Part shown: piece by piece, positions 1 to 7,567 of the stretch
Layout: every line of letters starts with the position of its first letter
Position numbering within the stretch: the stretch's first letter is position 1
Origin: Telmatocola sphagniphila
GTDB lineage: Bacteria; Planctomycetota; Planctomycetia; Gemmatales; Gemmataceae
Direction of reading: 5' to 3'
DNA length: 32,000 nucleotides
Assembly: GCF_018398935.1 (NCBI RefSeq)
Contig: NZ_CP074694.1
Location: forward strand, 6,330,001 to 6,362,000
Made by a program: the position numbers and the translations under genes
The notes under the pieces: model-generated
Database searches by the model: none
The model's input: the letters and a program-made list of their open reading frames with translations, nothing else
Told to the model about the DNA's origin: nothing

Positions 1-18
1 TGAAGGACAAAAGCGAAA

Positions 19-285
19 ATGATCACGAAGGAACGCAAAAGCGGAATTATTGGTGATTTCAAACGAGCCGAGACAGACACGGGTTCACCCGAAGTGCAAG
101 TGGCTCTTTTGACCGCTCGAATCAATGAATTGACCGAGCACATGCGAGCTCACACGAAGGATCACGCGAGCCGACGTGGGTTGCTCAAGATGGTCAGCAA
201 GCGAGCCGACCTGTTGAAGTATTTGCAGAATACGGACCGGAATCGGTATCTGGCCGTGATTGGTAAACTGGGACTGCGAAAATAG
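19..285 (+). CDS. rpsO: 30S ribosomal protein S15
   Basis: 88-aa ORF with an ATG start. The sequence (…[41 protein letters not shown]…LGLRK) is unmistakably bacterial S15. It sits directly upstream of pnp, the conserved rpsO-pnp arrangement. Confidence 0.97.
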   Translation: MITKERKSGIIGDFKRAETDTGSPEVQVALLTARINELTEHMRAHTKDHASRRGLLKMVSKRADLLKYLQNTDRNRYLAVIGKLGLRK

Positions 286-294
286 TCTTCGCTT

Positions 295-325
295 GCCCGT
301 CGGTCGAAACCGGCGGGCATTTTTC
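295..325 (+). terminator. Rho-independent terminator/attenuator after rpsO
   Basis: GCCCGTCGG (295-303), loop TCGAAA, CCGGCGGGC (310-318) form a 9-bp GC-rich stem with one G-U pair. The stem is followed by ATTTTTC and starts 10 nt after the rpsO stop. Confidence 0.6.
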
Positions 326-476
326 ATAAACGGGGGAGAGGTCCTTTTCCCTCGACTCTTCCGAGTGCTGCTTTGGCGATCTCTCGGGTTCTCGACCTGA
401 ATATCCAACCTGTCGGGTTCCTACCGCGACAATCGCCGGGAAATACCTGCTTAACATCTAAAAGAGGATTGCACCT

Positions 477-2720
477 GTGACGGTGACACGTGTTGAATGC
501 GCTTTAGGCGCTGGTACTTTGATTCTGGAAACGGGAAAATTAGCAAAACAAGCTCACGGATCGGTGGTCGTTCGATACGGCGACACGATGACTCTGGTAG
601 CCGCGGTGGCCGGCAAGTTGGATCCCACTCGGGATTTCTTTCCCCTGACCGTCGATTATCGAGAAAAACCCCAGGCGGCGGGTAAATTCCCCGGTGGCTA
701 CATCAAGCGGGAAGGCCGACCTACCACCAAGGAAATTCTGACTGCCCGACTTATCGACCGTCCTATCCGCCCCCTGTTCCCCGCCGATTATTTCAACGAA
801 GTTCAGGTGATGTGTCAGGTCATCTCCGCCGATCGTGAAAACGATCCGGATATCCTGTCCATGATCGGTGCTTCGGCCGCGCTTTACGCTTCACCGATCC
901 CGTTCCAGAAGCCGACCGGTGCTGTGCGCGTCGGTCGGGTGAACGGCGAATTCGTGGTGATGCCGAGCCATCACCAGATGGAAGAAAGCGATCTCGATCT
1001 GATCGTCTCCGGCACCAAGGAAGCCGTGGCGATGATCGAAGGTTTCTCCCGGGAACTCTCGGAAGAAGTCATGGGCGATGCCGTGATGTTCGGTCACAAG
1101 TACATCGTTCAAATCTGCGAATTGATCGAAGAACTCCGCGAAAAAGCCGGGATGGGCACCAAACCGGCCGTCGCGGCTTCTCCGGCCAATCCGCTCATCA
1201 AAGAGATGTACGACAAGTTCGCCAAGGAACTGCGGGCTCGCAAACTGACGGTGGCCAAACTGGAACGCTACGAAAAAGTGGCGGCCCTCAAAGACGAGAT
1301 GAAAAAGCATTATTTCCCGGAAGGAGCCACGACTCCTCCCGAATATTCGCCCGGCCAGTTCGCGCAGGCCTGGGCCCTCCTGGAAGAGAAAGTCTTCCGC
1401 GATATCGTGCTCGACGGCGGTCGTATTGATGGCCGGGGTTTCAAGCAGATTCGGGCGCTGCATTGCGAAGTCAGCCTGCTGCCGCGCACGCACGGCTCGG
1501 CCTTGTTTACTCGCGGAGAAACGCAAGCTCTCGTGACCGCAACCCTCGGCACCGCCGCGGATGAGCAGCGGATTGAAGGGCTGGAAGGCGAGTATGTCAA
1601 GAAGTTCATGCTCGACTACAACTTCCCGCCGTTCTCGGTCGGAGAATGCAAGCCGTTACGCGGCCCCGGTCGACGGGAAATCGGCCACGGGATGCTGGCC
1701 GAGCGTTCGCTGAAGGCCGTGATGCCGCTGCCAGGCAAGTTCCCTTATACCGTTCGACTGGTATCCGATATTCTCGAATCGAACGGCTCTTCCAGCATGG
1801 CTTCGGTCTGCGGTGGAACGCTCGCGCTGATGGATGCTGGAGTGCCGATTCAAAATCCGGTGGCAGGCATTTCCATCGGGCTAGTGAAGGAAGCCGATAA
1901 GTTCATCCTCTTTACCGATATCCAGGGCGATGAAGACCACTATGGCGATATGGACTTCAAGGTCGCCGGGACGCAGCGTGGCATCACCGGGATTCAGCTC
2001 GATTTGAAGCTGGAAGGCATTGGTGAAGAAATCATTCGGGCGGCCCTGACTCAAGCGAAGGATGCCCGCATTGAAATTCTGCGAACGATGCTGGTAGCAC
2101 TTCGCAAACCACGCGGTGAGATCAGCGCTTACGCGCCCCGATTGCTTCAGATCAAAATCAATCCCGAAAAGATTGGTTTGCTGATCGGGCCAGGCGGCAA
2201 AAATATCAAGGGCATTCAGGAAGCGACCGGTGCCAAGATCGATATCGACGACGATGGAACCGTCAGCATCGCTCACAGCGATGCGGCTGGAGCCCAGGCG
2301 GCCAAGGCTCGCGTCGAAGCCCTCACGGGTGAAGTTGAGATCGGTAAGGTTTACGAAGGTAAAGTCATCAGCGTGAAAGATTTCGGCGCTTTCGTCGAAA
2401 TCATGCCGGGCCGGGATGGTCTGGTGCATATCAGCGAACTCGATCACGCTTATGTGGGACGGGTGGACGATGTGTTGCGCGTGGGCGATCCGGTCAAGGT
2501 GATCTGTATCGACATCGACAATCAGGATCGCGTGAAGCTCTCCCGTAAGGCTTTGCTGCCGGCCCCGCCTCCGGGGGAAGGGGGCGAGGCTCCTCCTCCC
2601 GAAGGTGGCCGTCCACCTCGGGAAGATCGCGGCGAACGCAATGATCGAGGCGGCGGTGGCGGCGGCCGTGGCGGGGATCGAGGAGATCGCGGAGGCCGAG
2701 GCGGCGACCGCAGAAGATAA
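477..2720 (+). CDS. pnp: Polyribonucleotide nucleotidyltransferase (PNPase) with C-terminal Arg/Gly-rich extension
   Basis: 747-aa ORF from GTG 477, preceded by GAGGA (464-468). It has two RNase PH-like halves, a KH domain (…IGLLIGPGGKNIKGIQEATGAKIDI…) and an S1 domain (…GKVYEGKVISVKDFGAFVEIMPGRDGLVHISEL…). A 53-aa Pro/Gly/Arg tail follows. Confidence 0.97.
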   Translation: MTVTRVECALGAGTLILETGKLAKQAHGSVVVRYGDTMTLVAAVAGKLDPTRDFFPLTVDYREKPQAAGKFPGGYIKREGRPTTKEILTARLIDRPIRPLFPADYFNEVQVMCQVISADRENDPDILSMIGASAALYASPIPFQKPTGAVRVGRVNGEFVVMPSHHQMEESDLDLIVSGTKEAVAMIEGFSRELSEEVMGDAVMFGHKYIVQICELIEELREKAGMGTKPAVAASPANPLIKEMYDKFAKELRARKLTVAKLERYEKVAALKDEMKKHYFPEGATTPPEYSPGQFAQAWALLEEKVFRDIVLDGGRIDGRGFKQIRALHCEVSLLPRTHGSALFTRGETQALVTATLGTAADEQRIEGLEGEYVKKFMLDYNFPPFSVGECKPLRGPGRREIGHGMLAERSLKAVMPLPGKFPYTVRLVSDILESNGSSSMASVCGGTLALMDAGVPIQNPVAGISIGLVKEADKFILFTDIQGDEDHYGDMDFKVAGTQRGITGIQLDLKLEGIGEEIIRAALTQAKDARIEILRTMLVALRKPRGEISAYAPRLLQIKINPEKIGLLIGPGGKNIKGIQEATGAKIDIDDDGTVSIAHSDAAGAQAAKARVEALTGEVEIGKVYEGKVISVKDFGAFVEIMPGRDGLVHISELDHAYVGRVDDVLRVGDPVKVICIDIDNQDRVKLSRKALLPAPPPGEGGEAPPPEGGRPPREDRGERNDRGGGGGGRGGDRGDRGGRGGDRRR

Positions 2721-2739
2721 GGCAATATTTAATAATATC

Positions 2740-2771
2740 GCGGAGCAGTTTCGCTGCTCCGCCCATTTTTT
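2740..2771 (+). terminator. Rho-independent terminator after pnp
   Basis: GCGGAGCAG (2740-2748), loop TTTCG, CTGCTCCGC (2754-2762) form a perfect 9-bp stem. It is followed by CCATTTTTT and lies 20 nt after the pnp stop. Confidence 0.75.
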
Positions 2772-2908
2772 ACTGACATATCTCTGAATAAATAATAGAT
2801 TTTTAATACTTAACAGTTTATTAACCGTTTCTTCACTTCATTGCCTCGTTCATAATATAAATCATTTTTTAGGTAGATGGTAATTTTCTCATTTATTCGG
2901 AGTTCCAA

Positions 2909-4003
2909 ATGGTTCAGTTTTTCGCGAGTCGAAAAACCCGGCGTGGTTTTACATTGATCGAATTGCTGGTGGTGATCGCCATCATTGCCATTCTCATCGG
3001 CTTGCTGTTGCCAGCCGTTCAGAAAGTTCGAGAAGCTGCTGCTCGGATGAAGTGCACGAACAATTTGAAGCAACTCGGCCTGGCGATGCATAACTACGAG
3101 AGCGCCAATATGTACTTCCCGACGTCTGGCGAAGGGAACGACAGTTCGAATCAGTCGACGGTCATGGACACGCATTCGTTCTTTACTCAGATACTGCCTT
3201 ATGTCGAACAAGGGAACGTTTTCTCGAAGTTCGATTTGAACTACGCTTACAACGCTCCCATCACCGACGCCGTGCAAAACGCGGCGGCCGCCAAGTCGAA
3301 GATTCCGATATTTCTTTGCCCCTCCAATGGATATTCCCAGGATGATCCAAAGGGTTACGGTCAAACCGATTATATGCCGATTTCCTATACCGATATCGAT
3401 CCCACGACGGGGGCCCGGGACCTGAATTCTCCCAAGCGGTATCGCTCTCCCGGGTTGCTCGCGGTACACAACAACATTTCCCTGACCGCCGGAGCGGGCA
3501 ATTACGATTCAGCCGGTAAATATGTTCCGGCGAACATCACCAAGCGGACGCCTCGAAACATCGCTGGTGTTACGGATGGTTTGAGCAACACCATGGCTCT
3601 GATTGAGGACGCGGGCAAAAATCACGAATCGTTGTCGCCGTTCATGCTCGCTAACTATTTCGACGACTGCGCGGCCTGCGTGGATCGTTCGCCGACCAAC
3701 CGAAGGAACAACTACCGCTGGGCCGAACCCGATAACGGAAATGGCGTTTCTGGTCCTCACCAAAGTACAACCAGCACCCAGGCTAAAATCAATAACAATG
3801 CCTCGCCGATCGGCGGACCCACGACCTGTCCCTGGGCGAAAAATAACTGCGGCCCGAACGATGAACCCTTTAGCTTCCACACGGGTGGAGTAAACGCGGT
3901 GTTCGGAGATGGCCACGTTCAATTTATTCGAGACTCGATTTCGCCGCAGACGCTTCGAGCGCTTTGTACCCCAGATCAGGGGGAAATCGTTTCGCTCGAT
4001 TAA
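2909..4003 (+). CDS. DUF1559 family protein (prepilin-type N-terminal cleavage/methylation signal, C-terminal H-X9-DG motif), copy 1
   Basis: 364 aa, ATG 2909 with GGAG at 2899-2902. [34 protein letters not shown] is a class-III (prepilin/pseudopilin) signal. The protein also has a [15 protein letters not shown] motif and C-terminal [17 protein letters not shown] (H-X9-DG). Confidence 0.9.
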   Translation: MVQFFASRKTRRGFTLIELLVVIAIIAILIGLLLPAVQKVREAAARMKCTNNLKQLGLAMHNYESANMYFPTSGEGNDSSNQSTVMDTHSFFTQILPYVEQGNVFSKFDLNYAYNAPITDAVQNAAAAKSKIPIFLCPSNGYSQDDPKGYGQTDYMPISYTDIDPTTGARDLNSPKRYRSPGLLAVHNNISLTAGAGNYDSAGKYVPANITKRTPRNIAGVTDGLSNTMALIEDAGKNHESLSPFMLANYFDDCAACVDRSPTNRRNNYRWAEPDNGNGVSGPHQSTTSTQAKINNNASPIGGPTTCPWAKNNCGPNDEPFSFHTGGVNAVFGDGHVQFIRDSISPQTLRALCTPDQGEIVSLD

Positions 4004-4074
4004 TCCGAAAATTCACTTGGACTTCCCGATGCTCTCAGGTCGGGAAGTCCAATTCCAGCTACAGGGAGATGACG

Positions 4075-4452
4075 ATGTACTTGAAGAACTGCTTGATGTT
4101 TTGTTTTGCGGCAAGCTTGATGGGCTGTCAGAGCGGCGCGGTCGAAAGTCCCTTGGGAAAAAGAGTGGAACTCAAAGGTAAAGTGGCGCTGGCGTCCGCT
4201 TCCCTCAAGGGAGCTTTGATCTCCATTTTCCCCGTCGATCCGAACAGGGGAGATGAGCAGACGGCACAAATCGACGCGCAGAACCAGTTTGTTTTAGCGG
4301 CGTTTCCAGGAAAGTATCTCATTGCAATTGAACCCGGGAATACAAAGGGAAATACGGTGCCCATGAATTATCGAAAAGCCGAAACTTCGAAGCTGGAGGT
4401 GGAAGTTCCAGCAGTAGGTAAGAGCGACTTAATTATTGAATTGAAGAACTAA
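4075..4452 (+). CDS. Small lipoprotein paired with DUF1559 copy 1 (possible beta-sandwich, carboxypeptidase-regulatory-like; fold is a guess)
   Basis: The track ORF is 3964-4452. I prefer ATG 4075 (AGGGAG at 4063-4068); ATG 4069 is also possible. This start gives MYLKNCLMFCFAASLMGC, a signal with lipobox LMG|C. The protein is homologous to ORF 5850-6275: both share KGKV, LKG-x-I, PG-x-Y-hydrophobic, and a C-terminal S-x-L-x-V motif. Confidence 0.7.
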   Translation: MYLKNCLMFCFAASLMGCQSGAVESPLGKRVELKGKVALASASLKGALISIFPVDPNRGDEQTAQIDAQNQFVLAAFPGKYLIAIEPGNTKGNTVPMNYRKAETSKLEVEVPAVGKSDLIIELKN

Positions 4453-4654
4453 GTGGCTAGTCGAAGTACAATTGAATTTGTTAAAAAAAAATCATGTTTC
4501 TTTCATTCTCATGAGGTTTGCTCGAATCTTTGCGAGCACCTTGTGAGTGAAATCCGCCAATTTTTGGTCTTCATAGATTTTTAACACACGTCTGGCAATA
4601 CGCCCACATAGAATCCCTACTCTGCCCTGTATCTTTTACATTTCCTTGGAGTGG

Positions 4655-5782
4655 ATGATGTTGCAAAAGTTGTCAGTGCGACGAAATCGACGTGGGTTCA
4701 CGTTGATCGAGTTGCTGGTCGTGATTGCGATCATTGCAATCTTGATTGGTTTGCTCTTGCCAGCCGTTCAAAAAGTTCGTGAAGCGGCCGCACGTATGAA
4801 GTGCAGCAACAATCTCAAGCAGTTGGGCTTGGCCGTTGCGAATTACGAAAGTGCTTACAGCTTGCTTCCTCCAGCCGGTGAAGGAACCGTGGGTAGCCCT
4901 GGCTCTTTCGGCACGGGTTTTTCTAATCTGCAAGGTTACACCGGTGCTCCGTTCACCAACGGCGTCAGCCCCGGCAGCGGTTACTACTTCCACTCTTTGT
5001 TCACTTACTTGCTGCCCTACATTGAACAAGGCAACATTTACAACCAGATTGATCCCTATTCGTATTACAACTCGCAATCGCCGACGTACGCCAATCACGC
5101 AACGGCTTTCCAGAACGTGGTTCCGATTTTCATCTGTCCTTCCTATCCGTTCGAAAATAAAGACTCGCTCGGATATGGCTATGTCAACTACGGTGCGACC
5201 GTTTACACCGACATCGTGATCACCGCTGGCCAGGGTGGTTCGTCTGCTGCGGTTGGAAATCGTGATAAGCTCTACGCTCGTCAGCGAGGCGCTCTCGATA
5301 ATCAACCTGCCGCAATCACGGCTATCACCGACGGTACCTCCAGTACGATTCTGATTGCTGAAGATGCTGCTCGCCGTGAAAACTACATCACCAATCCCTC
5401 TTACATGGATCCGGCTGTCACCGCGGGTGTTGCAATCGACAACACCAGTTTCACCACTCGCCGATTCTGGCGCTGGGGAGAGCAGGATAACGGATTCGGC
5501 GTTTCGGGTGACCCGACGCAGAATACCAACCCCTCTTATGCGAACAGCTTCAAGATCATCAATAACAACAACCAGAGTCCCGCGACCGATGGTCCTTCCA
5601 CCTGCAACTGGAAGCTGACCAACAACTGCGGGCCAAACGATGAAATCTTCGCGTTCCACACCGGTGGTGCAAACGTGGTCTTCGTCGATGGCCACGTCCA
5701 GTTCCTCAGAGACTCCACGGCACCCACCATTATTGCTTCTATCGTTTCCCGCTCCGGCGGCGAAATTCCGGGCGATTATTAA
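4655..5782 (+). CDS. DUF1559 family protein (prepilin-type N-terminus, H-X9-DG C-terminus), copy 2
   Basis: The track start 4646 is TTG. ATG 4655 or 4658 is preferred (GGAG at 4648-4651). The [39 protein letters not shown] segment is identical to copy 1. It also has AITDGTSSTILIAED and FHTGGANVVFVDGHVQF (H-X9-DG). Confidence 0.9.
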   Translation: MMLQKLSVRRNRRGFTLIELLVVIAIIAILIGLLLPAVQKVREAAARMKCSNNLKQLGLAVANYESAYSLLPPAGEGTVGSPGSFGTGFSNLQGYTGAPFTNGVSPGSGYYFHSLFTYLLPYIEQGNIYNQIDPYSYYNSQSPTYANHATAFQNVVPIFICPSYPFENKDSLGYGYVNYGATVYTDIVITAGQGGSSAAVGNRDKLYARQRGALDNQPAAITAITDGTSSTILIAEDAARRENYITNPSYMDPAVTAGVAIDNTSFTTRRFWRWGEQDNGFGVSGDPTQNTNPSYANSFKIINNNNQSPATDGPSTCNWKLTNNCGPNDEIFAFHTGGANVVFVDGHVQFLRDSTAPTIIASIVSRSGGEIPGDY

Positions 5783-5849
5783 TAGACTTGGGTGAGGGCT
5801 CTGCATGGGAGAGCCCCCACCAATTTTTTATAAAGAATGGTTTCTGATA

Positions 5850-6275
5850 ATGAAAATCGTTGCGTTTACTATCCTGAGTTTTGCGACTGTTCTATTAGCG
5901 GGATGCGGTGGCGCACCTCCCGGGGCCGCAGTAGGAACTCCTTCACCGACGAAAGGTAAAGTTACCTTTGCGGATGGATCGGTCTTAAAAGGTGGCATTG
6001 TAGATTTCCATCCCGTTACTTTTGAAGACGGTGGAAAGCTCCGCTATCAAGGTAGTGGTCTGGTGAATGATAAGGGAGAGTACGTCGCTGGATTTAATGG
6101 CGATGGTAAAGGCTTAGTACCTGGCGAGTACATAGTGACGGTCAGCAAGAGAGATATCGAAATCCGGGGAAGCAACACCTCGCGAATCCCCAAAGCTTAT
6201 CTGGAGAAGTCGACTTCTCCGTTGAAGGTTACTATTCAGAGTAGCGATAACACTTACGATATAGTTCTGAAATAG
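5850..6275 (+). CDS. Small lipoprotein paired with DUF1559 copy 2
   Basis: The track ORF starts at 5805. ATG 5850 gives MKIVAFTILSFATVLLAGC, a canonical lipobox LAG|C. It is a paralogue of ORF 4075-4452. Confidence 0.7.
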   Translation: MKIVAFTILSFATVLLAGCGGAPPGAAVGTPSPTKGKVTFADGSVLKGGIVDFHPVTFEDGGKLRYQGSGLVNDKGEYVAGFNGDGKGLVPGEYIVTVSKRDIEIRGSNTSRIPKAYLEKSTSPLKVTIQSSDNTYDIVLK

Positions 6276-6297
6276 ACACTATCGTCTGAATCAAAAC

Positions 6298-6335
6298 TGA
6301 GCCGGCGATACTTCAATTTTCGGCGGCTCATTTCC
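6298..6335 (+). terminator. Possible terminator after second lipoprotein gene
   Basis: TGAGCCGGCG (6298-6307) and CGGCGGCTCA (6321-6330) form a stem with one internal mismatch. The loop is 13 nt and the tail is only TTTCC, a weak U-tract. Confidence 0.4.
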
Positions 6336-6833
6336 AGAGCACTTCTCGCATCAACCAAATCCCTTCCCTTGACAGAGCCTCCTCCAAGATTTTCCGAATG
6401 TCAGCTTCAATAGCCTTTTGAAATGGCTATCCGGTGAAGGACGTTCAAATTTAATCCATTCCTCCTTAGACAATACCCAGTTTCGCTAGTCCCCGCAGAG
6501 CTAATTTCTGGCCTTTTTTAGCTACCTTATTTTCTTTCGCCCGTTTACGCAAATACCGCATTTACCGTTAAACTCAGAAAGCTACGAAGTTTTGAAAAAT
6601 CAGGGAAATTCGGAGTTGGGTAGCTAAGGGTATTTAGTGAAAGACCCGAAAAGAGAAGTGATTTCGGAAAACTCGGCGAGAACGACAGGCACTTAAGAAG
6701 TCGCATCCGTGTCCGCGATTGATTTAGGGGTACTGGCTTGCTCGTCGCTGTGGCTCGGGCAGGCGAACGCGATTGGCGCGTTCCCGCCGACTAACGGTCC
6801 CGCGCCGCCGATCCCCTTTTGGAGGTTTGTCTA

Positions 6834-7511
6834 GTGAATGCAGTAGTGTTCATGTTGACGTCGGCATTCTGTGCTGCTGATGCTCCGCCGGCCCCTGCGC
6901 CGACGATGGCTGCACCCGCACCCGCGCCGGCCCCTGTTTCTGCTCCCGCGGTCATCTCGACCGGTTCCGCTTGCGGCGGTGGCTGCGGTACGGTTGCCGC
7001 ATGCGATCCCTGCGGTAAGCCTTCCTTCCTGGACAAGATTAAAGCTCGTTTCAGCTCGATCTCGTTCGGACATAGCAGCTGCGGCTGTGAAAAGCCCGCT
7101 CCTGCTCCCACCTGCGGCTGCAGCAAGCCCACTCCTGTTGTGGCTCTGAAGCCTCTGCCGACTTTCCATTGCAAGCCTGCTCCGACGACAGCTTGCGGTT
7201 GCGAAGCTGCTCCTAAGGTCAGCATCTTCGACAAGATCAAAGGTCGACTGAGCTGCCACAAGGTTTCCAGCTGCGAAACGTGCGGTACTTCGGTTCCCGC
7301 TTCTCCCTGTGCCGGCGCTGTGACGACGATTCCTTCGTCCACGACTCCGGTTGCACCTGCTCCGGCTCCCGCTCCGACGGCTCCTGCCGCTCCGAAGGAA
7401 ATGCCCAAGGACGCCCCCAAGGCACCGGCAGCTCCCAAGGTTGGCCTGAGCAACGTTGGTGGCCCAACGATTACCCCGGTTTCGGGCAGCAAGTCGGACA
7501 GCCCTTTCTAA
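6834..7511 (+). CDS. Secreted Cys/Pro/Ala-rich repeat protein, unknown function
   Basis: The track start 6819 is TTG. GTG 6834 is preferred, with GGAGG at 6821-6825 (8-nt spacing). This start gives the signal peptide MNAVVFMLTSAFCAADA. The protein has 15 Cys in CGGGC/CDPC/CGC/CETC clusters, (PA)n linkers and a repeated xDKIKxRxS motif. A strong + strand terminator follows. The equally long antisense ORF is judged a shadow. Confidence 0.65.
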   Translation: MNAVVFMLTSAFCAADAPPAPAPTMAAPAPAPAPVSAPAVISTGSACGGGCGTVAACDPCGKPSFLDKIKARFSSISFGHSSCGCEKPAPAPTCGCSKPTPVVALKPLPTFHCKPAPTTACGCEAAPKVSIFDKIKGRLSCHKVSSCETCGTSVPASPCAGAVTTIPSSTTPVAPAPAPAPTAPAAPKEMPKDAPKAPAAPKVGLSNVGGPTITPVSGSKSDSPF

Positions 7512-7538
7512 GTTAAAATTAGAAGACGGATCTTCGAT

Positions 7539-7567
7539 AACCCACGAGTAAGCTCGTGGGTTTTTTC
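7539..7567 (+). terminator. Rho-independent terminator
   Basis: CCCACGAG (7541-7548), loop TAAG, CTCGTGGG (7553-7560), then TTTTTT (7561-6). It lies 28 nt after the stop at 7511. Confidence 0.8.

Noticed and set aside
4483-4491. An A9 homopolymer in the spacer between the two DUF1559 cassettes.
   Set aside because: It is intergenic, lies about 165 nt from the next start, and has no evident relation to a promoter spacer or SD. I note it only as a comparator for the coding A9 tract at 28070-28078.
4673-5806. A 377-aa antisense ORF covering the whole second DUF1559 gene. Similar cases are 2810-3469 and 3509-3922 opposite the first DUF1559 gene.
   Set aside because: These are shadow ORFs. The + strand products have unmistakable family motifs, while the antisense translations are low-complexity and Arg/Gly/Val-rich with no recognisable features.
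6351-6473. A 40-codon minus-strand ORF (TTG start; LSKEEWIKFERPSPDSHFKRLLKLTFGKSWRRLCQGKGFG) in the long non-coding region.
   Set aside because: It is too short, has a non-ATG start without a properly spaced SD, and shows no recognisable similarity. It could be a gene remnant, but I cannot support that.
6791-7492. A 233-aa antisense ORF (Ala/Gly-rich) exactly opposite the Cys/Pro-rich gene.
   Set aside because: The reverse complement of GCN/CCN-rich codons stays open by composition. It has no SD or signal peptide. The terminator orientation (7539-7567) and the GGAGG + GTG start support the + strand gene.
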